Notes: generated by a model not told the origin, from the letters alone. Shown: positions 21,683-32,535, numbered from the stretch's first letter. The stretch is DNA of 42,075 nucleotides from Trichomonas gallinae (GCA_008369845.1 MRSU01002443.1:1-42075); one strand, 5' to 3'. Numbers and translations: made by a program.

Positions 21683-23044
21683 ATGAAACGAGTTAAAATT
21701 CTCGGGAATGAAATGAAAACCCTAGAAATGGATGAAATTCCCGAGAATGATACACAGATGATCGTAGATCAACGATTTCGTTTCACAGACATATTTATTA
21801 TAATTTCATTTGGCATTTTATTTGCAACGCTAATCTCAGTTTGTTATATTGAGCCAAATGCCTTCTATAGAAAGGATTTTGTCTTCAGAAACGAAATCAC
21901 GAATATACAAAACTTTGATTTTTCAAGAGTTCATCCAATCAATGGATATTGGAAAGTTGAAGACTTACAAGCAAATAATGAGACAATAGAACTCTATTTA
22001 ACGCTTCCATTACTTTCTAATCGATCGAATGATGTTGCATTCACTTGTTATACGAGATTTTATTATAAAGAAGAGCCACTTTTACTGAAAAGAACCAGAG
22101 TTAAGCGTGTAATTACTACTCCATCCACAAATGTGCTGCAAGAAATAAATTACACTTTTCACATCTGGAGTTTCTCGAGTTTCAAGTTCACAAGCTTTGA
22201 ATTCGAATTTAATACTCTCAATAATACTAATATCACTAATGCATACGTGCTTTACCGTTCGAAAAATGTAAGAGTTTCATCTTGGGTCCATTATATCTCG
22301 TTTTGGGTTACAACAATACACTTCTGTATTGTCTCATACAACCACTTCAAAGGCTCGCGTATACTTTATGAACAAAAATTAGTTTATTTACTTGAAATTT
22401 TGATTATTGTTTATAATAACCCATTTTACATGTTCAACTACTTCTATCCAAGCCTTATGCTCGACTCCATATCAAAATTATTAAGCAAGCTCTTCTTTAC
22501 TTGTTTAATAATATATGAATTTTATTCATTCACTTCTTGTTTTGACGTCATAATTTCTCAGTTTGTCCATTATGTCATGATTGTATATTTCATCTATACA
22601 TTCTACTGGAATTACATACATAAAAACGCTGTAATTCCGAATAATATTATTTCATTACTGAAAGTAATTCCGCGCGGATACTACGCTTATGTTCAGCTGT
22701 TTGCCATAGGTTTATTTCTGGTTTATGTTTTGTTTTTAGTCTCTTTTGCTCCTTTTTCATCGCTGCACAGATTCGTTAACTATTTCATTGTTAAAATCCT
22801 ATACATAGCAGGATACTTGGCATTTTGCTATGTGCAAGAAGAATATATCAGTCCGGATTCTACAATTAATTTAATTTTTATATATTCGCTGATTAACACA
22901 TATGGATTCCACATGGTTTATCTGCACTCAGCTTACGATCAAGAACCCAATGAGTCCTACCAGAAAATCAGCGAAAATGATGAAAATAACTCATTAGAAC
23001 TTCTCGACGATGAAATTGAAGAGGAAAAGATATCGGTTGTTTAG
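21683..23044 (+). CDS. TMEM181/GPR178 (Wntless-like) multi-pass membrane protein
   Basis: One N-terminal TM, a lumenal domain, then ~7 TM segments. EQKLVYLLEILIIVYNNPFY resembles the TMEM181 EQKW...YNDPF motif. Acidic tail with YQKI and ENNSLELL sorting-like motifs. Confidence 0.7.
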   Translation: MKRVKILGNEMKTLEMDEIPENDTQMIVDQRFRFTDIFIIISFGILFATLISVCYIEPNAFYRKDFVFRNEITNIQNFDFSRVHPINGYWKVEDLQANNETIELYLTLPLLSNRSNDVAFTCYTRFYYKEEPLLLKRTRVKRVITTPSTNVLQEINYTFHIWSFSSFKFTSFEFEFNTLNNTNITNAYVLYRSKNVRVSSWVHYISFWVTTIHFCIVSYNHFKGSRILYEQKLVYLLEILIIVYNNPFYMFNYFYPSLMLDSISKLLSKLFFTCLIIYEFYSFTSCFDVIISQFVHYVMIVYFIYTFYWNYIHKNAVIPNNIISLLKVIPRGYYAYVQLFAIGLFLVYVLFLVSFAPFSSLHRFVNYFIVKILYIAGYLAFCYVQEEYISPDSTINLIFIYSLINTYGFHMVYLHSAYDQEPNESYQKISENDENNSLELLDDEIEEEKISVV

Positions 23045-23579
23045 TAAATATATATTATACATTGTTTGTATTCTTATCAAATCAATTTTTTTAATATTTA
23101 GCAAGGCTTCAATTTATTGATAATGATATGATTTAAATGATTCTCATAAACTTGCTGTATGTTGAGAACTTTTCTTTATTGTATTATTATTTATTGTTAA
23201 TATCTTCATGATGTGCATTTCGCGAAGCTGATATTAAAACTGTTGAACCATATATGTTTTTTGCGTGAAATGAAGGAAAGAGAATAATTTTTTATGATGG
23301 CACTCAAGTGAAGCAATCATTAAAGTAGTATATGACAGAATGATTATACATTGATTCGGAATTATTCTTCTTTGAAGCCAACATTAAAGGGGTTTCACCA
23401 TAATCATATTCTGTGTTAATACTTATTTTGCAATTAGTTGATTAATAATAGGAAAGATATTTAAGATGTATAGCACGCATGTTTTTGTCTAGGGAATATG
23501 AAATAGAAAAACTAAAAGAATTTTGACACACACTATTTACAAATCAATTACATGACAAAAAAAATCACCATAATTATTC

Positions 23580-24869
23580 ATGGAGATTATATATGGTGAC
23601 CCGCCAGCTAATGATAAAATGCCGCCAAATACATATAGGAAAACTGTTACACGAAAAAAGAATGAAATGATTGATAAGAATATGAAAAACCTAATAAGAG
23701 AAATTTCCATTCCTCAAAAAATAGATTTTCCATCAATTATTAAGCTTAATAATGTTTATATGAAGTTCCGCACCGATCCATATAAAGATTCTATTGTTAC
23801 TGTTCTCGATATGCCGCGAGGAATGAATTATAATCAGTTTAAAGATGTACAATTTAATGCAAACAAGGAAAACACAATTCACCAAATCATTTACGTTATA
23901 TATAGAACACTGAATTTCTTAAAAAGTCAAGAAATATATCATCGTGATATTAAGCCAGATAATATCGTTTTTATTAAGAATGACTACATGGAATACTTTC
24001 CAAATATCATAGATTTTGGATGCTCGCGCGAAATTGCTCAAAATCAAACATCAACAACTCATTCAGGAACACAAAACTATTATTACGGAAAATTTGAAAC
24101 ATGGCATGATTTAAAAGCCTTTTTCATAACAGCACACAACATTTATACTGATTTTAAAATAAATGATAAAATCGCAGATATATTTGATGTAAATTCGGAT
24201 GAAATAACTGAGCAAACAGTACCAAATATAACTAGTGACTATGAAAATGCAATCAAAGAATATGTTGATAATATAGACTCCGATTTTTACAAAATCAAAA
24301 ATTATCTTGATGAGTGCGAAGAAAACTACACTAATCAATTTAGAAAAGTATTATTTCAGCCAATAGATCCAAGAATAACTCGCTGTTTAACTGGAGAAAG
24401 AAAAGCATTTTTCGAGATAATTTTCAACGAAAAGCATTTCATTAAAGAAACATATCAATGGCTCTATTTATTCTTCAAATTTGGAACGTGCACAGAAAAG
24501 AATGAGTTTTTAGAAAAATTCTTTAAGATTTATTATACATATTATGATAAAAATGAATTAAAGAATAAACTCAGCGAAGAACTGGATAAAATCAAAACTG
24601 AAAGTACAAAAGGTAATTTGGATGCGATATTTGCAATGGGATTCCTAGCATCAGACAAAAAAATACAATTACAAATTTTCGGTATGCTACTCAGCCACAT
24701 TAAGACGAATATACAGGCATACACCAAATATGCAGATGTTATTATTTATGCCAAAGCAGTCATGAAACAAATTAATCAAAAAAAATTGGATTTAGATAAA
24801 TTATTGAACACTGAATTTTCGAAAGATTCTATAACGAATATATTAGAGAAAATAGATGGATTTAATTAG
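23580..24869 (+). CDS. Divergent protein kinase-like protein, possible Sel1-like C-terminus
   Basis: LIREI (alphaC), HRDIKPDN, DFG and GTQNY present; Gly-rich loop and APE absent; GNLDAIFAMGFL is Sel1-like. Confidence 0.8.
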   Translation: MEIIYGDPPANDKMPPNTYRKTVTRKKNEMIDKNMKNLIREISIPQKIDFPSIIKLNNVYMKFRTDPYKDSIVTVLDMPRGMNYNQFKDVQFNANKENTIHQIIYVIYRTLNFLKSQEIYHRDIKPDNIVFIKNDYMEYFPNIIDFGCSREIAQNQTSTTHSGTQNYYYGKFETWHDLKAFFITAHNIYTDFKINDKIADIFDVNSDEITEQTVPNITSDYENAIKEYVDNIDSDFYKIKNYLDECEENYTNQFRKVLFQPIDPRITRCLTGERKAFFEIIFNEKHFIKETYQWLYLFFKFGTCTEKNEFLEKFFKIYYTYYDKNELKNKLSEELDKIKTESTKGNLDAIFAMGFLASDKKIQLQIFGMLLSHIKTNIQAYTKYADVIIYAKAVMKQINQKKLDLDKLLNTEFSKDSITNILEKIDGFN

Positions 24870-24945
24870 ATGAAAATATTTTTGTCAGTTTATTTGACAA
24901 AAACATGTTTATACGGCAAAAATATGTTTACGTGTCATAAAATTA

Positions 24946-25758
24946 ATGCGAATACCACAAAAGTTGCGATTTGTTCCGCCAATCATACTTTTTGGGCTTA
25001 CAAACTTGCTTGTTTCTATTTATATTAAATATCTGTTATATGTGCTTTATTATTATTCCCGTTTCGTTGCTTTGGGAATATTTATTTCTTTATTTTCTTT
25101 CTCTCTCATGGTTTGGTACATATCATTTGTTTTAATAATGTTTGGTAACCCAGGTGAACCAAAGAAAGAAAAAGAAAAATACACAGAAAAAGATTTACCG
25201 ATTTGCATGCATTGTAAACAGATCAGACCATACAGAACACATCATTGCTCGACATGTAAATGCTGTCACGCGAAACTTGATCATCATTGCAAGGCTCTAG
25301 GACGATGCATTGCTCTACGAAATCATAAAATTTTCATTGATTTTCTCGGGCATAGTATGCTAATGATTTTCTACTGGTTTAGCACAGTTTTGTACATTTA
25401 TCTTACATTCAAACAAGAAAATATGCCATCATTTCTGCATTTTCATATTTTTGCAACTGTATCGCTATTTTTACTAGTGGGTATACTATTTTATGAGCAA
25501 ATTAGTAATATTCTGACAGGAAAAACAACTTTAGAGCTACTTTATAAATTAAAGCTTGATATTAAGAAAACAAAATATGAACGTCTTGAAGAAGTAATGG
25601 GGTCACTGTCTATTCTCTGGATATTGCCAACACCAACTCCAGAAACAACGAGTGCATATGAATGGGAATATCTTCGTCCTCCTGAAGAGGAAGTCTCTTA
25701 TATAAAGAGGATGCGTGAAACTGCCAAAAATGAGGAAGGAAAAATTAGCTCTGAGTAA
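24946..25758 (+). CDS. DHHC palmitoyl acyltransferase
   Basis: CMHC..RPYRTHHCSTCKCCHAKLDHHC...CIALRNHKIF, four TM segments, GKTTLE motif. Confidence 0.95.
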   Translation: MRIPQKLRFVPPIILFGLTNLLVSIYIKYLLYVLYYYSRFVALGIFISLFSFSLMVWYISFVLIMFGNPGEPKKEKEKYTEKDLPICMHCKQIRPYRTHHCSTCKCCHAKLDHHCKALGRCIALRNHKIFIDFLGHSMLMIFYWFSTVLYIYLTFKQENMPSFLHFHIFATVSLFLLVGILFYEQISNILTGKTTLELLYKLKLDIKKTKYERLEEVMGSLSILWILPTPTPETTSAYEWEYLRPPEEEVSYIKRMRETAKNEEGKISSE

Positions 25759-26052
25759 GATTATCATCAATTTTTTGTTACTTTAAAATAGAGAATAAAT
25801 ATATGTATATTTATTAACAACTCATGGATTCCTGATATAAATTCATTTTAAATCTCCATTTGCTAAAATAATATTTTTATCGAAAAAAATACAAATGTGA
25901 ATATCATTTGTCAATGTTAGAAACAATTTGAAATCTAAGGAAATGATTATCTATGATAGTATATTGATATATGTAGTTAAAAAAAATTATTTTAAATTAC
26001 GCAAAACATATATTTTATTTGTAATATACTAATACAAACTCTATTGGCTTAT

Positions 26053-26480
26053 TTATGGTTGAGCAGCTTCATTCTTGAACTCCTCATCAGATTTTTCTTC
26101 AAATTCATCAATAGAAAGATCTGCCTTGAGAACTTTCTGCTTATCTGAGAACTGCTGCAAGAATACTGGTAGTGAAACCAAAACAGAGGATCCAACAGCA
26201 TTATAAATTGAAACAATGACGAGATTCAAGATTGTTTTCTTCCATGTCATATTTTTGATGCCTTCCTTCTGCATGAGGTCCTTGGACAAGCAGAACCAGT
26301 TGGCTATGCAGTGCTCGAGTCCTAGTGTTGAGAAGTTACCGATAGCAAAGAAGACAGCCAAGACTTTTCCGAAGTATGTGTCATATTTGCCATGAATGTT
26401 GCTATGGAAACTAATGCATTGCAAATGCAAGCCTTTGCGAACTTGTTTCGTTAGTTCATGTGTGTCTTCTTGAAGCAGTT
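26053..26480 (-). pseudogene. Formate-nitrite transporter (FNT) family pseudogene fragment (3' half)
   Basis: One frame gives KKTHMN*RNKFAKACICNALVSIATFMANMTHT (in-frame TAA at 26451-26453). After a frameshift near 26372 it continues GKVLAVFFAIGNFSTLGLEHCIANWF...NLVIVSIYNAVGS. These match the FNT CN-LV, K...F...G.EH.IAN and NL...GN..G motifs. No 5' half seen. Confidence 0.85.
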
Positions 26481-27295
26481 AAAGTTGGTTCTAATCATTT
26501 CCAACAATGTTTTACACAAGTGAAGAGTAAATTGTACAGGGTTTTTGTTTTCACAAGTAGGCACGAATGAAAAATTTTCTCCCTACTACACGAGATTCAT
26601 ACGCTCCACGCTGAAAATTTTCTTCTTGTTTTTTTGAATTGTATCAAAACCACACAAACGTTGCTCAATACTTTACTTTGTGATATATATGCCTTTGATT
26701 CGTAGTTGTTGATTTCATGAACATTCAGCTCAAAAATATGCTTTAATGGTGAAAATTATCGAAAATATCAAATATCCGTTTTTACTGAAAAAGGATAAAC
26801 GAATAAGATTAACCATGACACATATTAGCTAATCTCATATGCACTGCAAAAAAAAGCAAAGATATATAAAAATTTAGGAAAAAATGTGTTTTATTAGATA
26901 CAAATGGATCAATAATACGTAAAAATCGTTTATAATCATAACTATCATATTAGAAGAGGTTAAAACAATTTTCATGATTAAACTTGGAATGATTATGCAT
27001 AAGCAAAACTATAATATGAAAAAGTTGTCATTATTTAATTTTATGAATCTCAACTAGTATTTTAACCTTCAAATCAAAATTATAAATATATTTGTATTGT
27101 AAAGTCGTGTTTTCGTTGGCATTTCAACAAAGTAGTACATGTGTTTGTGGATTTAATTCCAATTCTTCTTATTTCAGAATGTTAATTCGATATTATTTTA
27201 TTCAACATAAATAACATTGGGTAATAACTAGAATAGGTGCTTGAATAGTATTAGCACAGTTAAATTCTAAGAATTGTCGAAAAATTTTCTCGATA

Positions 27296-27613
27296 TTAAT
27301 CAGAATCGGAATATTCGTTCATTGGGATTGGTTCTAAGTCAGAGAGCTTCCTTTTACGACGGCTTGTCTGATAAATTATGCATTCGACGAGATTGCAAAT
27401 AACCCATAATAAAATTAAGCCAAGAAATATCGAAAAGAAGATTAATAACCAGCCAATAGGTTCCAAATTCCATATGCTTTTCTGTGGAGGTTTTAATACT
27501 GGTTCTGGCGGAAAACTCCAGTCTTTGTCCATTTTATCAAAATGTTTTTTCCGCATGAAAAACCTCGAAACAAGACGTTGTTGTAAGCAGTTAATATTTA
27601 TCAATTTGCCCAT
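27296..27613 (-). CDS. Small single-pass membrane protein, hypothetical (start uncertain)
   Basis: One long hydrophobic segment IGWLLIFFSIFLGLILLWVICNLV, followed by basic RRKRK and an acidic tail. Confidence 0.65.
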   Translation of the reverse strand: MGKLININCLQQRLVSRFFMRKKHFDKMDKDWSFPPEPVLKPPQKSIWNLEPIGWLLIFFSIFLGLILLWVICNLVECIIYQTSRRKRKLSDLEPIPMNEYSDSD

Positions 27614-28185
27614 TTATAGGTCTCGTATACAGTACTCTTACCTATATATAACGATATTTCAGCATATTTTCACTAGTTCAGATGATAAACGCGTGAATAA
27701 TGAAGGGCGTGATAAAATGTAATTTGCCAAGTAAAGTTTACAATATCAAAATTTAATAAATTATCAAAAATTTTGTCACTTTTTAGTGAACAATTTCCAT
27801 GATCAGTAATTATATGACTAATAGATTCCGTATTTAAAATTATTTGAATAAACGCATTGAAAAAATCAAATTTTCTTTCAATGCGAATAATTTATCAAAA
27901 TTGATGTTTATTAGATGTTGTTTAACCAGATTCTCAAGTTTTAATTTTCGTTTACTTTTTATATCAACACATTTAGATTATTAATCTAAAGCTAAAAATA
28001 TAAAAACCAAATAAAAATTTTTAAAACCGTAATACATTCAAATTATTTGTAAATCATTGATTTATCTTCCATTGAAAACAAAACACTCGTCTAAAATCGT
28101 GTATTACGGATAACTATAGATATCGTTTTTAGTATAAAGTCGATAACAAAAAATTAAAGGGTAAAATGGTCATTATTTTCGTATT

Positions 28186-28623
28186 TTGGAGATTCCACAA
28201 GAGCAACTCGATAAATATAAACAGCGATTCGAGGAATTGGACCTAGACAACACTGGTCTTCTCTCTCGGGAAGCTGTTTTTCAAATTTTAAATGACGAAG
28301 CTACAGAATTAGAAAAATTAATGATAATTATTCTCTTCGAAAAATATGATATAAACCACGACGGGAAAATAGATTTCCAGGAATATGTGAAGTTCTGTTC
28401 CGAAATGCAAAACCTTTCAGACAAACAGATATTAAGAACGATTTTTGATTTTTGCGATAAAGACCATAATGAACATTTAGATGTCGACGAAGTGATTACC
28501 CTTGGATCACAGATGGGTAAAAAAGTTACAGAATCCGATGCTTGGGCAACTATTCGACATTTTGACCTTAATTGTGATAATACTATCGACTTTAACGAGT
28601 TCTGCGCCATCATAGGCGACTAA
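28186..28623 (+). CDS. Calmodulin-like four-EF-hand protein (no in-frame ATG at the expected start)
   Basis: Loops DLDNTGLLSREA, DINHDGKIDFQE, DKDHNEHLDVDE, DLNCDNTIDFNE; ORF begins at TTG 28186. Confidence 0.88.
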   Translation: MEIPQEQLDKYKQRFEELDLDNTGLLSREAVFQILNDEATELEKLMIIILFEKYDINHDGKIDFQEYVKFCSEMQNLSDKQILRTIFDFCDKDHNEHLDVDEVITLGSQMGKKVTESDAWATIRHFDLNCDNTIDFNEFCAIIGD

Positions 28624-29444
28624 TACACCATGTAATAAAATGTTATTTGTATATTATCTCTAATTGAACAATATATTTACATCACAAAAACAAAAGCACT
28701 TTATCTTGTTGGATATTATAGTGCACATATGGTGTGTCTAATATACGTATTATCAATTGATAACTACTTTCCTTGATATATTTCATAAAAAAGTTATCCG
28801 CAAACATTCGTGTTTGTTCATCAATTTATGGAGTAAATCCATTATATTATTGAAATATTGTAAGTTAGCGAGTATCAAAGGTTTATTCAAATTTCAAAAA
28901 TAATACCATAGATGAACCATATTCGGCTACTAATATATGGAAAATTTAATTGAAATAATGAGGCTATAACTCATTAGTATCAATCGTTGTTGTTAAAAAT
29001 AATTTTGATTTTTTGATCTATAATATGCCATGTAATCCATATTTACATGTCAACTTTTATCAAATATTCTAAATATTAGTGCATTCCTTTCATTATATAG
29101 ATTATATAATGTATGTGAGAATTTTATGGGTTTTAACAGTATTAGAATTGATCAACATTAATAACACAATCAATTATACTATTTAATGCATTATATTGGC
29201 GAATGAGAAACATATATCATGGTATCAGATGAGATTTTCTCAAATTTAGTCTGATATGAAATGATTATTTTGAAAAAGTTTGCGTTTGTCATTAGAATGA
29301 AATAACTCCAGCAGTTTATCAATGAATCAACTCTTACCAGTTTGATTCTTTCATAAAAAAGAAAAATGTAAATATAATGAAGGAGTTTGTAGAAAAATGG
29401 TAATATCAGCAATAGAATACATGAGTTTTATTGAGATAGAAATA

Positions 29445-30356
29445 TTATTGAGTTAAGATGTCAACAATTTGATTGATTGATTCTATTCCTTCTTTCATTC
29501 GAACACAGATTTGCCAGACATGGAACATATCTGGATATGGGTAAAAGTTGTGTTCAATGTTCTGTTCTGTGAGGATTTTGTGCAATTTCTCGCAGTCCGG
29601 GTAAAATATTTCTTTTGTTCCAATGAATATCGTCAATTTACCAAGATTAGAAAAGTTTCCGAAGAGAGGACTGACTCTGTAATCTTTGTCATCCAAATCT
29701 TTGATAAATGTCTTTCCGCATAATTTGCATCCATGTGAATCCAAAATAACATCTCCTTCATCATAGTTCTTGATGTCTGGATTCCTGAGGGCTACATCAA
29801 GCCATGGAGAAAGAAGTATAATGTTCTTTGGTTGTACTGAGAATTTCTTGTCTCTGAGCATCATAGATAATCCAAAAGCTAATGTTGCACCAGCGGAGTC
29901 GCCTATTATATTAACAATGCTTGGTTTGTAGTCTTCGATGATTTTCACGTGGAGGTCATATATGAATTCGTAGACTTCATCGGGTCCAAAATCTGGAGCT
30001 AAGCCGTAGTTTGGAATTATGCAGATTTGACGTGTCTTCATTGCTATTGTTGCAATCATCTCCCAATCTCCTTTGGAAATGTTTAAAATATAAGCACCTC
30101 CGTGAATATAATATAAAATTTTGTTCGAAACATTGTCTTTAGGCTTGATTAACCAATATGATCGATTTTTGAACTCTACTGATGATAATTCAACTGCTTC
30201 ATATATCCATGGCGCAATGATTTCTGAATCAGGATTAAATTTTTTCTCAATAATGTTCTTTTCGAGCATATACTTAACGCCAAGCTTCACCATCAGGGCA
30301 CAAAACTCGCTTGCATCCATGCTTTCTGATTTATCTTTATGATTCTGAGATGTCAT
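29445..30356 (-). CDS. Alpha/beta hydrolase, HSL-family (abhydrolase_3) esterase/lipase
   Basis: HGGAY oxyanion motif, PNYGLAP, GDSAG nucleophile, LLSPWLD, GTKEIF, MFHVW. Likely ATG at 30356 after AAAAAA and Inr-like TCAAT. Confidence 0.92.
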   Translation of the reverse strand: MTSQNHKDKSESMDASEFCALMVKLGVKYMLEKNIIEKKFNPDSEIIAPWIYEAVELSSVEFKNRSYWLIKPKDNVSNKILYYIHGGAYILNISKGDWEMIATIAMKTRQICIIPNYGLAPDFGPDEVYEFIYDLHVKIIEDYKPSIVNIIGDSAGATLAFGLSMMLRDKKFSVQPKNIILLSPWLDVALRNPDIKNYDEGDVILDSHGCKLCGKTFIKDLDDKDYRVSPLFGNFSNLGKLTIFIGTKEIFYPDCEKLHKILTEQNIEHNFYPYPDMFHVWQICVRMKEGIESINQIVDILTQ

Positions 30357-32535
30357 TTTTTTACTGATTGAAATTATTTGACACTTTTTTGCATTATAGC
30401 TCCATATGTAAAAAACTTTTATCATTGCTGGGAATCTGCTGTCTTTAATACGACGAAAACATTATACTCCTGACATCTATATGAGACCCACAAAACGATG
30501 TTTCTTTTCTCATTGTTTCATTCCTCCAAAAGTTAGTATTATGTTTTAAAAACCCCTTGGTAAGTGCGAATTATGTTAACATTATTATAATAATAGATTA
30601 ACATCATGTTCGTATTTTAAAAATTTTGGAATGAAGATATCATAAATCCCTCACATGTATTTGGAAAAGTGAAATTATATGGATCTACTACATTCTTAGG
30701 TAAAAAGTACAATAATGATATAGATAAAATTTTAAATGACGAAATGTAAAAAAAAATCGAAATGATTTATTTTAAAAGACATTTTGTGTTGTATATAATA
30801 TATTAGAGAACAATGAAGATCATTTGAAAAGGTAATAATATTGTTGTGGATGATTTGTGTTATTATAAGTGTAAAAGACCGATTATAGTTAATCACTGCT
30901 TAGAAATTGGATGGGAGTGTAACTGTCTAGCTGAGATTCATAGAATTTTTTCCCAATAAGATTTAATTTTGCTTGAAATGCTTCATTAATAGAGTTTTAA
31001 CAATGTTTTGTGTATCTTTCGATGAATTTTTTAAAATTCTCAAAATTCAAACTTCAATTATTGAATGATATTGAAAAAATTCAATTTTTGAGTGCAGAAG
31101 TAAAACCATGGAATTAAATTCTTGTTTATATCACTGTGTTTAAAGGAATTAAAATAATAAAAAATTGAGTTTTATCAAAAGTGGAAACTCATTGAATTAT
31201 GTAAAACTTTTGTTTTATTTTAGGCTTTATGAAAATACTGTATAACATGTAATTAACAAAGATTTTTAAAAAATTAGGCAATAACATAAAATTTCATTAG
31301 TTTAGTCCTCTTTACTCGTCTTGTATATATAAAACTTTATTAATGGAGCATTTCAAACATAATGTTTTCAATAAATTAATTATGGATTTGTCTTGGTTTG
31401 GTTAGCATTCTTTACTCGTGTAAGACTGATTTTCACATTCAGTTATTGTTTTCAAATTTTAAATTAAAAATGGATTTGTGTGTTGAAACCATCGCTTTTT
31501 TATTCGAATTTTATCAGAAAGATGACTTTATATGGGCCCAAGACTATGACCAACTTAACTGAGTCAGTGCAACATCTCTCAATTTTTGCGAACTCGTTGA
31601 AATAGTTTTTCAGAACTCAAAAGAAATCCACTGGCAGGCTTTTAAATGGAAATCCAAAGACCTAAGCATCTTTATCAGCTTAATATTGAAGAGTAATCCA
31701 TGAAACGCATAGATTTCGAGTATATTTATATCCAAAAATATTTATATTGAGCAAAAAGTCGAATTTTGTCATTCCTCTAGAATGATTGCAAATTAAGCAT
31801 GGATTTATTAATATTTATCACGATATATGTTCAAATTCCTTTAATTTGATATGATCCAAAAAAAATAATCGCAAAACTTATAAAAACGTTTTCAAAACCC
31901 AATATATACGTGATATTAATTATACATTTCGCTTCTCATTAAAATTATAACAATTTTTGGAAAAAAATATAATTTTCCAAATTTACACATTAACAAACAT
32001 AGTAACCTCTATCGATATCAATACAATATTAATTCTTCGCATTCAAGCAATTAGAAAAAAAATAATAATATTTGAACGATTTTTATTAATATTCTTGCAT
32101 ATATTACTCTGTCATTTAAGAATACTGCATATATATAATGTAAAAACAATGTCCTCGCACCACTAAAACGAAAAACAAATCCGAATTTTTCACGGGTAAT
32201 TAAAACATTGTTTATATCGCCTCTATGATGGCTATCGTTACTACACATACCGATATTATCATGGATTTACGACTATGCTCACGCCAGTTAAAAATATATT
32301 TTGGATTAAAATATTAAATCCATTTTATGCAATTTTATATCATAAGCACTATGTACTTGTATTCGTGTGAGTTAGATGAATATATTTGGCAGTGAGTAAT
32401 CGCTAATAGAGCATTTTTCATCCAAGGAAAAATTTGTCGATTGATTAAATATTAAAATTTAAAATGTCCATGGTCGTTTATTAATATAAAACATTATATG
32501 CATGGAAAATATCAAACATACCGCCCAATTAAAAA

